Of a stretch of DNA of 64,000 nt, positions 1 to 13,400 are shown in pieces. The notes under the pieces were generated by a model. That model saw only the letters and a list, made by a program, of their open reading frames with translations. It was not told where the DNA came from and made no database searches. The DNA is taken from positions 145,947,415 through 146,011,414 of the forward strand of contig NC_092375.1 of NCBI RefSeq assembly GCF_030028105.1. The letters run 5' to 3'. Position 1 is the stretch's first letter, and each line of letters opens with the position of its first letter. Made by a program: the position numbers and the translations under genes. The stretch comes from Mobula birostris (Eukaryota).

Positions 1-444
1 TGCTGGAGAGTTTGAACATATCTATGATTCTGCGTGGGTCTGCATTGTGAAGGATGGAATTTGAGGTGACTGAGGACAAAAGGGAAAAGTGGGACATGAG
101 GAGCTAGCTTTTCACACAGAGTGTAATGGGGTATATGGAACAAGCTACCAGAGGAACTTGTAAAAGTTGGTACAATTTCAAAGTTTAAAAGACATTTAGA
201 CAGGTACATGGATTGCAAATATGCACCAATGCATGTGAGACTTGCACTGCTGAGTAAATTGGTCAACATGGCTGAGTTGGGCTGAAGGGCCTGTTACTGT
301 GCTATATACCTCCAAGACCCTATTACTCCTTGGAGAGAACATTTCAAACTCTCAAACTCCACCAGAGAAAAGGACAAGGATAGCAATAGCATGGAAACAC
401 CTCCACCTGGAAGTTGCCTCCAAGCCACACTCACACAATTGAAG

Positions 445-1371
445 ACATGGGAACAATTAAAGTTACATTGGATATGTTAAAAGAAGTTATAAAAATTACC
501 CACAACTGGAAAAGTACCAACAGTGATAATATTCATAATTATTGGTATAAAATTTTACTTGCCTTTATTCATACCTATTAAACACATGTCAACAATTTTC
601 TTACAATCCCAAAAAATGCCTGAAATTTTGATAGAAGTTACAACTTATGTCTTAACTAAAGGAGAAAACACAAATGAACCATCAAAATATTGTTCTATTG
701 CTGGGTTACAAATGATGTACAAAATCGTATGCATCCCACAACTAATCACCACTCATTTAGATAACCACTATATACTTACTGAAGAGCAGAAAGGATGCTG
801 TAAGGATGCAAAAGGATGTAAAGAACAATTGATAGTATATTCTGTAATTCTAAATCAAAGCGAGAGAACACAGACATTTTTGATTTTGCTATACCAAAGA
901 GCATTTGATTATGTCCCACACTCATAGTGAAAAGAAGTTCTTAAAATACGTAAACTACACCCAATACTTGTGAAATTTCTTCAACATCTGATGAAGCATT
1001 AATGTACCATAATCACCCTATCTATTAACAACCAAAAAAGAACCACCATTATCAAAATAAAGTGAGGCATTTTCCAGGACTTCACTGTAAGCCTACTATG
1101 GCTTTGTCTAGCTTTAAACCCACTCTCTAATTTACTGAAATGGATGAAAATAGGACATCAAATCTGAAACAACCAAATAAATTACACCTTGACACGCATT
1201 CTATACATGGGCAATTTGAAATTATACACTCCTTCATTAGTAAAGCTAAAGCAATTAATTCAAACAGTAGAACAATTTTTGAAAGATGTAAAAATGTACT
1301 TTGGACTGGATAAGTGCAGAACATTAAAGATAAAGAAAGGTGCAATTCAGCATATAGAACACAAAACTAAC
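445..1371 (+). mobile_element. R4/Dong-clade non-LTR retrotransposon RT fragment, degenerate
   Basis: Motifs include THNWKS..D.IHNYWYK, EEQKGCCKDAKGCKEQLI, AFDYVPHS, LYMGNLKLY and FGLDKC, with many stops. Confidence 0.75.
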
Positions 1372-1968
1372 TGACTGAGGTCAACCTGAGTATCCAATGA
1401 CTCAAGGAAGTATTGAGGCCAAGGTCTTGAAGCTTATTGATTTGTTTTGAGGGGATGATAGTATTGAATGATGAGCTGCAGTCAATAAAGAGCAACCGGA
1501 TGCATGCATCTTTGCTGTCCAGATGTTCCAGGATTGAGTTAACAGCCAATGGACTGGAATCTGCTGTGGAGCTGTTATTCCGAAAGACAAATTACAGCAG
1601 ATCCAAATCACTTCTCAGGCAGTAACAAGAATGTTTCATAATCAATCACTCAAAACACTTTATCATTCTCGATGTAGGTGCTACTGGATGATGGTCATTG
1701 AGGCACATTACCATGTTCTTCTTAGACCACTGCATAATTGGATCCTGCTTGAAGTAGGTGGGTACTTCAGACTGCTGAAGCAAGAGGTTAAATATCTCAG
1801 TGAACACCCAGCCAGTTGATCAGCACAGGTTTTCAGTACTTGGCCAGGTACCCCATCTGGGCCAGAAGATCTCTGTGGTTAACTCTCCTGACGGATGCTG
1901 TCATGTTGGCCTCAGTGACTGAGAATACAGGGTTATCGGGAGTTGTGGCAGACTGTGATGGTTCTTAC
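1372..1968 (-). mobile_element. Rex1/Babar LINE fragment (continues at ~5452-5700 beyond the CR1 insertion)
   Basis: Peptide LEHLDSKDACIRLLFIDCSSSFNTIIPSK...DLGLNTSLSHWI is typical Rex1 RT. Confidence 0.75.
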
Positions 1969-1969
1969 A

Positions 1970-4900
1970 TGGAATATAGAAACATAGAAAACCTACAGCA
2001 CAATACAGGCCCTTCAGCCCACAATGCTGTGCTGAATATGTACTTAATTTAGAAGTTACCTAGGGTCACACATAGTCTCTATTTTTCGAAGCTCCATGAA
2101 CCTCTCCAAGAGTCTCTTAAAAGACCCTATTGTGTCCGCCTCCACCACTGTTGCCAGCAGCCCTTTCCATGCACTCACCACTTACTGCATAAAGAACTAA
2201 CCCCTGACATCTCCTCTGTACCTACTCCCAAGCACCTTAAAACTGTGCCCTCTCGTGTTAGTCATTTTAGCCCTGGGAAAACGTCTCTAACTATCTGTAC
2301 AATCAATGTCTCTCATCATCTTATACACCTCTATCGGGTCACCTCCCATCCTCCGTCTCTCCAAGGAGAAAAAGCTGAGTTCACTCAACCTATTCTCCCC
2401 AATCCAGGTAACATTCTTGTAAATCTTCTCTGCTCCCTTTCTATAGTTTCCACATCCTTCTTGTAGTGAGGTGACCAGAAATGAACACAGTAATCCATGT
2501 AGGGTCTGACCAGGGTCCTATACAGCTGTGACATTACCTCTCGGCTCTTGAAATCAATCCCGCAGTGGATGAAGGCCAATGCACTGTATGTCTTCTTAAC
2601 CACGCAGTCAAACTGCGCAACAGCTTTGAGTGTCCTTTGCACATGGACTCAAAGATCCCTCTGATCCTCCACACTGCCAAGAGTCTTAACATTGATACCA
2701 TATTCTGCCATCATACTTGACCTACCAAAATGAACCACCTTACACTTGTCTGTGTTGAACTCCATCTGCTACTTCTCAGCCTAGTTTTGCATCCAATCAA
2801 TGTCCCACTGTAACCTCTGATGGCCCTCCACACTATCCACAACACCCCCAACCTTTGTGTCATCAGCAAATTTACTAAGCCTTCCCACCACTTCCTCATC
2901 CAGGTCATTTATAAAAATCACGAAGAGTAGGGGTCCCAGAACAGATCCCTGAGACACACCACTGGTCATCGACCTCCATCCAGAATCTGACGCATCTACA
3001 ACCACACTTTGCCTTCTGTGGGTAAGCCGTTTCCCGATCCACAAAGCAAGGTCTTCTTGGATCCCATGCCTCCTTACTTTGTATGGGGTACCTTATCAAA
3101 TGCCTTGCTGAAATCCATATACGCTATATCTACTGCTCTACCTTCATCAATGTGTTTAGTCACATCTTCAAAAAATTCAATCAGGCTCATAAAGCACGAC
3201 CTGCCTTTGGCAAAACCATACTGACTATTCCAAATAATATTATGCCTCTCAAAATGTTCATAAATCCTACCTCTCAGGATTTTCTCCATCAACTTACAAC
3301 CTCTGAAGTAAGAGTCACTGGTCTATAATTTCCTGGACTATCTCTACTCCCTTTCTTGAATAAGAGAACAACATCTGCAACCCACCAATCTCCGGAAAGT
3401 CTCATGTCCCCATTGATGATGCAAAGATCATCATCAGAGGCTCAACAATCTCCTCCCTCAGCTTCCACAGTAGCCTGGGGTACATCTCATCTGGTCCCGG
3501 TGACTTATCCAACTTGAAGATTTCCAAAAGCTCCAGCACATCCTCTTTCTTAATTTCTATATGCTCAAGCTTTTCAGTCCACTGTAAGTCATCCCTACAA
3601 TCACCAAAGTCCTTTTCCATAGTGAATACTGAAGCAAAGTATTCATTAAGTACCTCCGCTATTTCCTCTGGTTCCATACACACTTTTCCACTGTCACACT
3701 TGATTGGTTCTATTTTCTCACATCTTATCCTCTTGCTCTACACATACTTGTAGAATGCCTTAAGGTTTTATTTCATCCTGCTCGCCAAGGCCTTCTCATG
3801 GCCCCTTCTGGCTCTCCTAATTTCATTCTTCAGCTCCTTCCTCCTAGCCTTATAATTTTCTAGAACTCTCACATTACTTAGTTTTTTGAACCTTTCGTAA
3901 GCTCTTCCTTTCTTCTTGACTAGATTTTCAACCACCTTCGTACACCATGGTTCTTGTACCTACCATCATTTCCCTGTCTCATTGGAACGTACCTATGCAG
4001 AACCCCATGCAAATATCTCCTGAACATTTGCTACATTTCTGCCATACATTTCCATGAGAATATCTGTTCCCAACTTATTCTTCCAAGTTCCTCCCTGATA
4101 GCTTCATACTTCCCTTTACTCCAATTAATTATGTCCTATTTTGTCTGCTCCTATCCCTCTCCAATGCTATGGTAAAGGTGATAGAATTGTGATCACTATC
4201 TCCAAAATACTCTCCCACTGAGAGACCTGACACCTGACCAGGTTCATTTCCCAATACCAAATCAAGCACAGTCTCTCCTCTTGTAGGCTTATCTACATAC
4301 TGTGTCAGGAAATCTTCCTGAACACACCTAACAAACTCCACACCATCTAGCTCTATGGAGATGTCGATCAGTATTGGGGAAATTAAAATCTCCCATCATG
4401 ACAACCCTGTTATTATTGCACCGTTCCAGAATCTGTCTCCCTATCTGTTCCTCGATGCCCCTGTTACTACTGGGTGGTCTATAAAAAATACACAGTAGAG
4501 TTATTGACCCCTTCCTGTTTCTAACTTCGACCCACAGAGACTCAGTAGACAATCCCTCCATGACTTCCTCCTTTTCTGCAGCTGTGACACTATCTCTGAT
4601 CAGCAGTGCCACACCCCCACCTCTTTGGCCTCCCTCCCTCTCCTTTCTGAAACATCTAAAGCCTGGCACTCTAAGTAGCCACTCCTGCCCCTGAGCCATC
4701 TAAGTCTTTGTAATGGCTACAACTTTATAGCTCCAAATACTGTTCCACGCTCGAAGCTCATCCGCTTTGTTTATGATACTCCTTGCATTAACATCTCGAA
4801 CTATCAGTCTAAGCGCTTCTCTATCACCTGCCTATCTTCCCTCTCATACTGCCTACAAGATTTCTCTATTTGTGAGCCAAACACTTCTTCCTCCATCTCT

Positions 4901-5451
4901 TCAGTTTGGCTCCCACCTTCCAGCAATTCTAGTTTAAACTCTCCCTAATACTGTAGCATTAGCAAACATCCCTGCCAGGATATTCGTCCCCCTCAGATTC
5001 AAGTGCAAACCATCCTTATTGTACAGGTCATGCCTGCCCCAAAAGAGGTCCCAATGATCGAGAAATCTGAAACCCTTCCCCCTGTTCCAATCTCTCAGCC
5101 ACGCATTATTCTTCCACCTCACGCTACTTCTATACTCACTGTCACGTGGCACAGGCAGTAATCCTGAGATTACTACCTTTGAGGTGCTGCTTCTTAACTT
5201 CCTTCCTAACTTCCTGTAGACTGTTTTCAGGACCTCCTCCCTTTTCCTACCTGTGTCGTTGGTACCAATATGTACCACGACCTCTGGCTGTTCACCTTCC
5301 CAATTCAGGATATTGTGGACATGATCAGAAACATCCTGGACCCCAGCACCTGGGAGGCAAACTACCATCTGTGTTCCTTTCCTGCGTCCACAGAATCACC
5401 TGACTGACCCCCTAACTATAGAGTGCCCTATCACTGTGGCCATCCTCTTCC
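1970..5451 (-). mobile_element. CR1 LINE with ORF1 SGNH-esterase, APE endonuclease and RT remnants
   Basis: ORF1 has CLPGA...VVHIGTND...DGLHLN (4934-5368). APE motifs are GGGVALL, YRPP and MGDFNFP. RT motifs are DFSKAFDKVPH, GVSQGSVLGP and KFADD. The (TTCTATGT)-type tail lies at ~1975-1990. Confidence 0.92.
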
Positions 5452-6229
5452 TTTCACTTTGTAAGAAGTGATAGTATTCAAACTCTGTCATAGCTGTTGA
5501 GCATGATTCATTGATTCAGGTTTAGCCTGGAATTACCACTTCATTCGTGAGATGGCTTTCCAGAAATTGTACTTGGACCTTTGTAACTTTCTTGGTTGCC
5601 AAACATGAATGCCTCTGATCTGGCTCTCAGCAGACTGCGGATATGAATCATCCAACGCTTCTATATGGGGAAATCTCTGGCTGATTTTGTAGAGACACAC
5701 TCATCTGAGACCACTGACTTATCAGAGGTAATTATTGATTTATTGACCTTTTTCACATCAGAAAAGTGAACTGAAAGGAATGGGGTATCACAAGGGTAGT
5801 GAGGAAATCCAGAATGTGGAGGTAATTGAAATGCTGAGCGTATGTGCACAGTTCTTCACTGACAGGAGAGTGGAAGGCTTTGACTGTTCAACGTGTTCAA
5901 CAAGAGAAGTGGAGCAAACGTAATGAATGCGGGAGGTGGGAAAACTACAAGGAACCACTGCAAAAGGCAATATTAACTCTTATTTGGAGGATCAAATGGG
6001 TTATGAAGGGAGAGGCAGCAGTAAATATTGAAGACAAATCATGTTTGACTCATCTGGCTGAATTTACTGATGAAAGAATGGAGGCGGCGATCAGTTTTGT
6101 GTAGAAGAACCTGTATAGAAGGATTCTCAAAAAATGTTTGTCAGTTGAATAAGGTGTATCCTCAACTTAGGCAGTTTGAGAAAGAGAACCAAAATTCTAC
6201 TTTGACCAAGGTGAATGGACCTGGGTGAT

Positions 6230-6496
6230 ATGTAGCTGTGAATGTTCCTGAACTGTTTGGTTGAAACAACAATTAAAATGATAAGAAAGCACTACTGAAT
6301 GAATCCACGATGCAACAAATGTCTTTCTGCTGTTTTTTGACAATAAATGAAAAAAAAAAGATTTTGCTGATGTTTAATGTTGTGTCATCAGAATAACAAG
6401 AAACTGCCTAGTGAGGCCTTTCTACCCTGCATATAAATACCAACTTGTGTTAGGCAGTGAAACATTCAGCTGGTTACCAGACTAACTGTGTTCAAA
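6230..6496 (+). promoter_or_regulatory. Crystallin promoter, copy 1 (TATAAA 6432-6437; AT-rich-flanked TGCTGA Maf half-site-like at 6365; Sox-like AACAAAT/ACAAT motifs)
   Basis: The block is highly conserved upstream of all five ATGs, with the TATA 65 nt before the ATG in each. Factor assignments are inferred from known Maf/Sox control of lens crystallins. Confidence 0.75.
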
Positions 6497-8792
6497 ATGG
6501 GAAAGGCAAGGGCTACTCAGAAAATGAACTAAATGAGAATTCTTCATGAACACCTGAGCAACTATTAACACAGATATGTTTCTTCCCACAGATCATCTTC
6601 TATGAGGACAGGAACTTCCAGGGTCGGCACTATGAGTGCAGCTCCGACTGTGCCGACCTCTCCCCTTACTTCAGCCGCTGTAACTCCATCCGTGTCGAGA
6701 GTGACTGGTGGGTGTTGTACGAGAGACCCAACTACATGGGATACCAGTATGTCCTGAGCAGGGGAGAGTATCCTAACTACCAGCACTGGATGGGATTCAA
6801 TGACTGTGTCAAGTCCTGTCGCAGTTACCCACCTGTAAGTTTCAATTTTTTTTCAGGGCATTTGACTTTTTTCAGTTTGTCTCTATAGATGGGGAATTTG
6901 CCCAGCAAGTACCTAATGGGTTTCAAATATGCCTGTGTGTATTAACATTAGATTAGATTAGATTATGAGGACACTCAGTCCTCGTTTATTGTCATTTAGA
7001 AATGCATGCATTAAAAATGATACAATGTTCCTCCAGAGAGATATCACAGAAACACAGGACAAACCAAGACTAAAACTGACAAAACCAAATAATTATAACA
7101 TATAGTTACAACAGTGCAAAGCAATACCGTAACTTGATAAAGAGCAGACCATGGGCACGGTAAAAAAAGTCTCAAGTCGCGATAGCCCCATCATCTCACC
7201 CAGACTGTAGAGGGGAGAAACTCTCCCTGCCATGAACTCCAAGCACCGCAAACTTGCCGATGCATTGGAAGCACCCGAACGCAGCCGACTCTGAATCCGT
7301 CCGAAAACTTCAAGCCTCCGACACCGAGCACCGAGCACCATCTCTGCCGAGTGCTTCAACCCTGCCCCGGCCGCCGAGCAACAAGTAAAGCCGCGGACTC
7401 GGGGCCTTCCTCTCCGGAGATTCTCAATCACACAGTAGCAACGGCAGCGAAGAAGGCATTTCAGAAGTTTCACCAGATGTTCCTCCGTGCTCTCACGTCT
7501 GCCTCCATCAAATCAGGATTGTGCACGGCACCGTACTTGACAAATAACGGATATCATCATCACTGGAGTGGCCGCTGCAAGCTGCGTCGCGCTGTCATCT
7601 TCTCCTCCCATCGGGCATTTCGATGTGAAATGGAAGTAGTGTGGAGTCTCTTAAAGAGCAATAAGGTGGATAAATCTTCACATCTTTCCTATAAATCTGG
7701 AGTATTGCATGCAGTTTTACACTGTTATATGAATGATGGTGAGACTTTAAATGATGCAGAAAAGGCTTATCAGGATTCTGCCTGGATTAGAGAGATTGTG
7801 CTATAATGAGAGATCAGAAAAACTTGGGTTGTTTTCTTCTGGAGTGGTGGAGTTTCAGAGGGAGATCTGATAGAGATTTATGACAGGCATAGTTAGAGTA
7901 GAGAGACAGTATCTTTTACCGGGTTTAAAATATCTCATACCAGATGATAAACATATAAGATGAGAGGATGTGAGTTCAAAGGAGATGTGAGGGGCAAGTT
8001 TTTTACACAGAGAGAGGTGGGTGTCTGGAATGGACTGCCCGGAGTGATGATGGAGGAAGATACATTTGGAACTTTTAGGAGATGTTTGGATAAGCACATG
8101 AATGTGAGGGAAGTGGAAGGATATGGGCACTGTTTAAGCAGAAGGGATTAGTTTAGTTGTCCGTTTAAGTTAAATAGCCAACTAACCCTTTAAATTTTCT
8201 AATTTAATTAGTTGGGCACAACAGTGTGGACCAAAGAGTCTGTAACTGTGCTTTACTGTTCTATGTTCTATGTTCTAAGTGCAGAATTTCTCATATTTAA
8301 TTTTGCTGTTTTCTTCTTTAACTTCTGTTTGAACCAGCAACAATGCCGGTTGGAGGCATCGTTGAGGCAAATGATTAATGAAATGATCAAATTACATCTG
8401 ACTTTATTTCCCATTGAAGTCAATGTCTAGTTTGTAAAATAGTGCTCAGATGTAGTGTAGAATGAGTGAATGATTTACAAAAGATCACTACTAAAGTTCT
8501 GTGTTTCCTATTCCAGTACCGAGGTGGAAACTACAGGATGAGAATTTACGAGAGGTCTGACTTTGCAGGGCAGATGATGGAATTCATGGACGACTGTTCC
8601 TCAGTCTACGATCGTTTCCGTTACCGTGACATCCACTCCTGTCAGGTGATGGATGGTTACTGGATCTTCTATGAACATCCCAACTACAGAGGCCGACAGT
8701 ACTTCCTGAGACCCGGGGAATACAGGAGATACAGTGACTGGGGTGGCTACAACTCAATGATCGGGTCCTTCAGGCGCATGAGAGACTTCTAA
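6497..8792 (+). CDS. Gamma-crystallin (shark gamma-S1-like), copy 1, intact; exons 6497-6505, 6592-6834, 8517-8792; 175 aa
   Basis: Spliced translation is MGK|[40 protein letters not shown]...CRSYPP|[16 protein letters not shown]...GSFRRMRDF*. It has the classic gamma-crystallin layout of a 9-nt exon 1, 243-nt exon 2 and phase-0 introns. TATAAA is at 6432 and AATAAA at 8843. Intron 1 is GC-AG and intron 2 is GT-AG. Confidence 0.95.
6949..7608 (-). mobile_element. ~650-bp non-autonomous retroposon inserted in intron 2 of copy 1
   Basis: Reverse complement of the elements at 25424 and 45811, with a (TCTAA)n tail. It is absent from intron 2 of the other copies. A CAT duplication at 6946-6948 and 7609-7611 is possible. 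Confidence 0.8.
7620..8275 (+). mobile_element. Decayed CR1 3' remnants in intron 2 (homologs at ~21180-21920, 37235-37730, 43880-44440, 58530-59270)
   Basis: Peptides KVDKSPGPDGIYPRL and [21 protein letters not shown], and a TTCTATG-type tail. Confidence 0.8.
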
Positions 8793-8842
8793 AAGTTGCT
8801 CTTGAAAATCTGATTTTATCTTGTTGGAATATTTATGGAGGT

Positions 8843-8848
8843 AATAAA
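8843..8848 (+). terminator. Polyadenylation signal AATAAA of copy 1 (equivalents at 22489, 38264, 44954)
   Basis: Located 50 nt after the stop codon at the same position in each copy. Confidence 0.75.
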
Positions 8849-9189
8849 ATACCTTTAATGACACAATCAGCTCATTTGGTTCATTTACCCTGATTCCACT
8901 GGAAGTCCCAGTATAACAGAAATCATAATCTGAGGTCCACATTAAATTGTTTTACCTGAGTTGGTTCCAGTTAACAGATAACATTATGATGATTCATCGG
9001 AGGCTGAAAAATCTAAAATGAACAGAAAGTTGTTCTTTGCCTTTGTGTCCATTGTGTGACATCGTGCTCCATTTCTGAACTTATTTCCAGTGAATTAAAT
9101 TAGTTCAAATATCTATCTTTACGAGTTTCATGATTCTGATGGTTTATTTAAGTGACTTGGATTGGAACAACACAGGAAGCAACACTTTT

Positions 9190-10297
9190 CAAAGCTTCAA
9201 ACGTTCATTTTATTGTTGAAGTATGGTTGCACAATACAACTCTGATATTCATCTTCTCCAGATAACCATGAAATACCAAAGAACCAAAGGTCATTTTGAA
9301 GGAAAAGACATCAACTCTCTGTATGTAACATGAAAAAAAAAGCAATACTTGCAAACCCAAACCCCCCACACCCCCTCCCTCACACAAAAAAACTAACGGA
9401 TTGGCCACATGGAAAATGGCAGCTGGAACCTCAGAAACTGCAAACCCCCAATCCCAGCCCTTGCAAAAAAAGCAGTGACAATGACATCAAACCCTTGACC
9501 CCCTCCCTCACAGAAAAACAGTGACAATAACATCAAAACCCCATCTCCAACTCTTGCAAAAAATCAGTGACAATCACATGAAAACCCTCAAACTCTCTCG
9601 CTCACAAAAAACTAACAGATTGCCCACACAGAAAATCACCAACAAGAACATCAGTACCTGAATCAAATCCCAACTGCTTCCTCTCAGAAAAAGTAAAAGT
9701 CTACGGATAGGCAAAAAGAAAGAAAACTGACAACTGAAGGAGACCTATATAACGTACGGTCCAATAATCACATAAATCTCCGAATATTAAAACATCCTCT
9801 CTTAAGCACTTGAGGAGAGTGGCCACACGAACTCAGTCTTTCCGTGAAGAACGACCGCAACTCTGGGCTCGAATGCCGCTGATCCAGCTACTGACCGCTG
9901 TGGACCCTATGGCAACCATTGAGTGTAAGCCCTGACCTCCGCATTTGCCTCCATGCTTCAATCTTCCTGGATGGTTCGAAATGAAGTTGCTTGTGAACAT
10001 ACATGCCCCACCTTCGGTCTTTTCTATGAGGCTGCTCGTGCTTTTGGTCCTCTTTGGGATTCTTTCTCCAGATCTCTTGATGAGGCAGCTCATTCTCTCG
10101 GTCCTCTCCGGACACAGCTGAGTGCCAGATCATTTGATGGAATTCCAAACTGTATGTCACAGGCAATTTCTGTAACGCAATGAAGATAAAAGGAGCACAC
10201 AGAAGATGTGGAGAAAGTGAAATAACTGAAAAGATTGGCTATTTTTGAGATGTCTCTTGAGGAATTGTTGTTCACAGATGCTTCCTTGACCAGAAGA
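9190..10297 (-). mobile_element. ~1.1-kb non-coding retroposon-like element downstream of each gene (homologs ~22880-22990 partial, 38470-39328, 60210-61326), with internal ~46-bp tandem repeats
   Basis: The minus strand ends AATAAAATGAACGTTTGAAGCTTTGA, a LINE-like tail. Three imperfect copies of AAAACAGTGACAATAACATCAAACCC lie at ~9465-9605. No credible ORF. Confidence 0.55.
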
Positions 10298-10432
10298 TTT
10301 ACAAAATGTTTTACAAGTTTTATTTTTACATTTACAAAACGTGATGAATTCTCCTAGAGTTGAGACTGGTGTAAATAACATGATGACCTGGACAGAAACC
10401 TTCTGGATACTTTATACCTATCTATGACTCTG

Positions 10433-13400
10433 GGTTCCGGTGACGTCATCGTTCAGAATGGCAGCTTAAATCAACAGCCCCTCCGGAAAAACGCATATTT
10501 TGCCCCGTTAATTCATTAAACACAAGATCTTTCGAAAATATCTGAATTGATAAGGGGGGCCAGAATGGGGAAAAAGAGTGGAGATAAAAAAAGCACCACT
10601 GCGGAGCTGATGGAAGAGAGAGGTGCAGCGCATGGCCCTCCTACACCTACGCGTGGCGGCAAAGCTGAAAGTCCGAAAAGATATAAAACAGCAACTCAAT
10701 GATACCAAGTCAGAGCTCGCCAATGTCAATCAGAAAATAGCGGTGGCAGAGACTGGAATTGAAAAGGTGGAAGATCGCGTGCAAAACCTGGAACAGATAC
10801 TAAGTAAGACGATAAAAATACTAAATCAACAGGAAAGTAAATTGCTTGGCCAGGAGGGAAGACCGCGACAGAAAAATATCAGGATTTATAATGTTTCCGA
10901 AGGAGCGGAGGGGTTGTCGATGATAGACTTTGTAGACAAGCTGCTGAGGGAAGTGCTGGAGCTTCCCCAGACTATGGAGATTGAAATTGAGAGGGCACAT
11001 CGTTCGCTCGTCCAGCAGCCTCCCAGGGACAGATAAAGTAAACCGCGCTCAATTGTACTCAAATTTCTTCGATTCAAGAGCAAGGCGGAGATTCTACAAA
11101 GGGCCTGGGGCAAGAAGAGGGTTTTTTGGAACGGTAAGTTAATATACTTCGATCATGATTACCTTCCGGTGGTCCTACAGAAACGGAAAAAGTATTCTGA
11201 AGCGAAACGAAAATTAAAGCAAGATTAAATTCCAAACCCCGTACCCTGCTAAACTGAAGGTATTTTACCAAGAAGGGATACGACTATACCAGACAGTGGA
11301 GTAGGCAATTACAGACATGAACAACAGAGGACTGCCCATTAATGTGGTCAAACCAAGGGAAAGTCTGGCTGAGCAGTTATCCCGATCTGCTTGGGAAATA
11401 GAGAACCTAGAAAGCAGGGGACGGGAGTAGGACGAGAGAAGGATATTAGGAAGAGACCGTCAGTTCCCCGAGAGCAGCCCTCACCTCCTCCCGAAGAGCC
11501 ATAAGGTTTGGCTAACTTTAAAAGTGCTGATAAACTAAATGGAAGCAAAAATAGACAGTGATATACCTATCTCGAGAAATACGTGTTATAATGTGGATTT
11601 TATATTACTCAATTTTTAAAAAGTCATTTATTCATTCCTTTTTCCCCACCTAAATGAGAATATATACATGGGAGGAATACACAGGGAGATAATTTCTGTT
11701 TAATGGACATAGTTTTTTTTTACTTACTTTTATAGGTACTGCAAGGGGGGCCCTCAACCCACAGGTAGGAGGGGCTATCCCCCACAGCTAGACTTTTCTT
11801 CTAGCCCAACCCAGGGTCATCTAGAGACCCCAGCCTTGGAATCACACCTTCATTAACTTTTTTTTATTATTCACGTTTCTTGGCTCTTATTTGTTCAGGG
11901 AGTAGATTGATTAAGTTATATTCTGCAAATTTCAATGATATACTAACAGATAAATACACATGGCTCAGGACAAAGGAAAATTCATTTCTTTTACTATCAA
12001 TGGGCTGTTAAATCCAGTCAAGCGCAGTAAAATTCTGTCAAAAATGAAAAAAAGAACAAGCCCATGTAGTATATTTACAGGAAACTCACTAAGTGATAAT
12101 GAGCATGGAAAATTAAAGAGAAAGGGGTTCACTAATTTGTTTTTCCCCTCATATAAATCAGGACATAGAAGAGGAGTTGCTATTCTCATCTCAAGTAAGC
12201 TAAATTTTGAAAAAGTATTCGAAATGGGAGATAAGGAGGGCAGATATATTCTGGTAAGGGGGAATATGGATGGAAATACAGTTACTTTATTGAATATATG
12301 CGCATCCCCAGGAAGTGATATTAGTTTCTTCCAGAAAATTACTAATACTATGGTAACGGAAACAGAAGGTCTCTTGATATGTGGGGGAGACTTAAATTTA
12401 CAATTACAACTAAAGTTAGACTCTTCCAGTAGAAAAACTTATGAAACAAAGTCCTTACATAAGAAAGTTAACACTCTTTTTGAGGATGCTGGTCTAATTT
12501 ATATATGGAGGGACCTTCTCCCCGACAGAAGTGATTACACTCATTATTCTGCCCCTCATTCCGTATATACAAGAATAGACTATTTCATAACATTTGGAAA
12601 AGATAGAGACAAAATAATCACCTGTGGAATTGGGACAATAGTTGTAAGTGACCATGCACCTATATATTTATCTGTTGATTTTGACCTACAACCAAAGAAT
12701 ACTATTTGGAAACTAAATTCAAGTCTACTCAATGATCCCTATTTTAAGGAACAAATTAAAAAAGAAATTGGTATTTACTTAGAATTCAATGATAATGGAG
12801 AGGTTTCACCTCCCATTTTATGGGATATTCTGAAGGCTGTCTTAAGAGGGAAAATTATAGCGATATCTCATATAAGAAAAAAATAAGGAATAAAACATTA
12901 GAGGAAATACAAAATAAGCTGAAGGAACTAGAAAAAAACACAAATTGAGTTTGGCACAGGATACACTAGACGAAATTTAAAAAATAGAAATGAAATTAAC
13001 AGTTTGGCTACTCAAGAAATTAGAAAATAATTATTGTTTCTGAAACAGAGACACTATGAAAGTGGATCTAAATCTATGAAAAAACTGGCGTGGAAACTGA
13101 AAAAAAAGCTAGCAGAAAATACGATTCATAGAATAAGGGATCCAAGAACAAAAGTGATAAAAAAAAAGCTAAGTGAAATTCAAGAAGCTTTTGAAATGTT
13201 CTACAAAATTCTATATTCCAAAGTTCCAGGAGGAATCATAACCCAAATTGACACCTTCCTGAATTCTTTAGAGTTACCCACTTAAGGAAAGAACAAAATA
13301 GAACAATGACGGCTGACATAACTGAAGCTGAACTAAAAACTGTAATTAGTAGGCTTAAATTAAGCAAGTCACCAGGATAAGTTGTTTACATGGCAGAGTG

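Noticed and set aside
4934-5368. SGNH hydrolase as a host gene
   Set aside because: It lies directly upstream of CR1 APE/RT on the same strand; an esterase domain is a known CR1 ORF1 component.
6565-6786. Repeated minus-strand ORF (also 43489-43713) as a separate gene
   Set aside because: It is the antisense shadow of crystallin exon 2.
7093-7806. Overlapping 126-151 aa ORFs (also 45898-46435) as novel proteins
   Set aside because: They fall in the GC-rich part of the 650-bp retroposon, and their frames are not preserved among its three copies.
8466-8516. N-terminal extensions of the exon-3 ORFs (also 37923, 44583, 59452) as single-domain crystallins
   Set aside because: These are intronic read-through upstream of a clear TTCCAG acceptor and are not conserved between copies.
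9465-9605. Repeat-spacer-like pattern resembling a CRISPR array (also ~38510-38640, 60485-60630)
   Set aside because: Only three degenerate units with related, low-complexity spacers, in eukaryotic context with no cas genes. It is an ordinary minisatellite.
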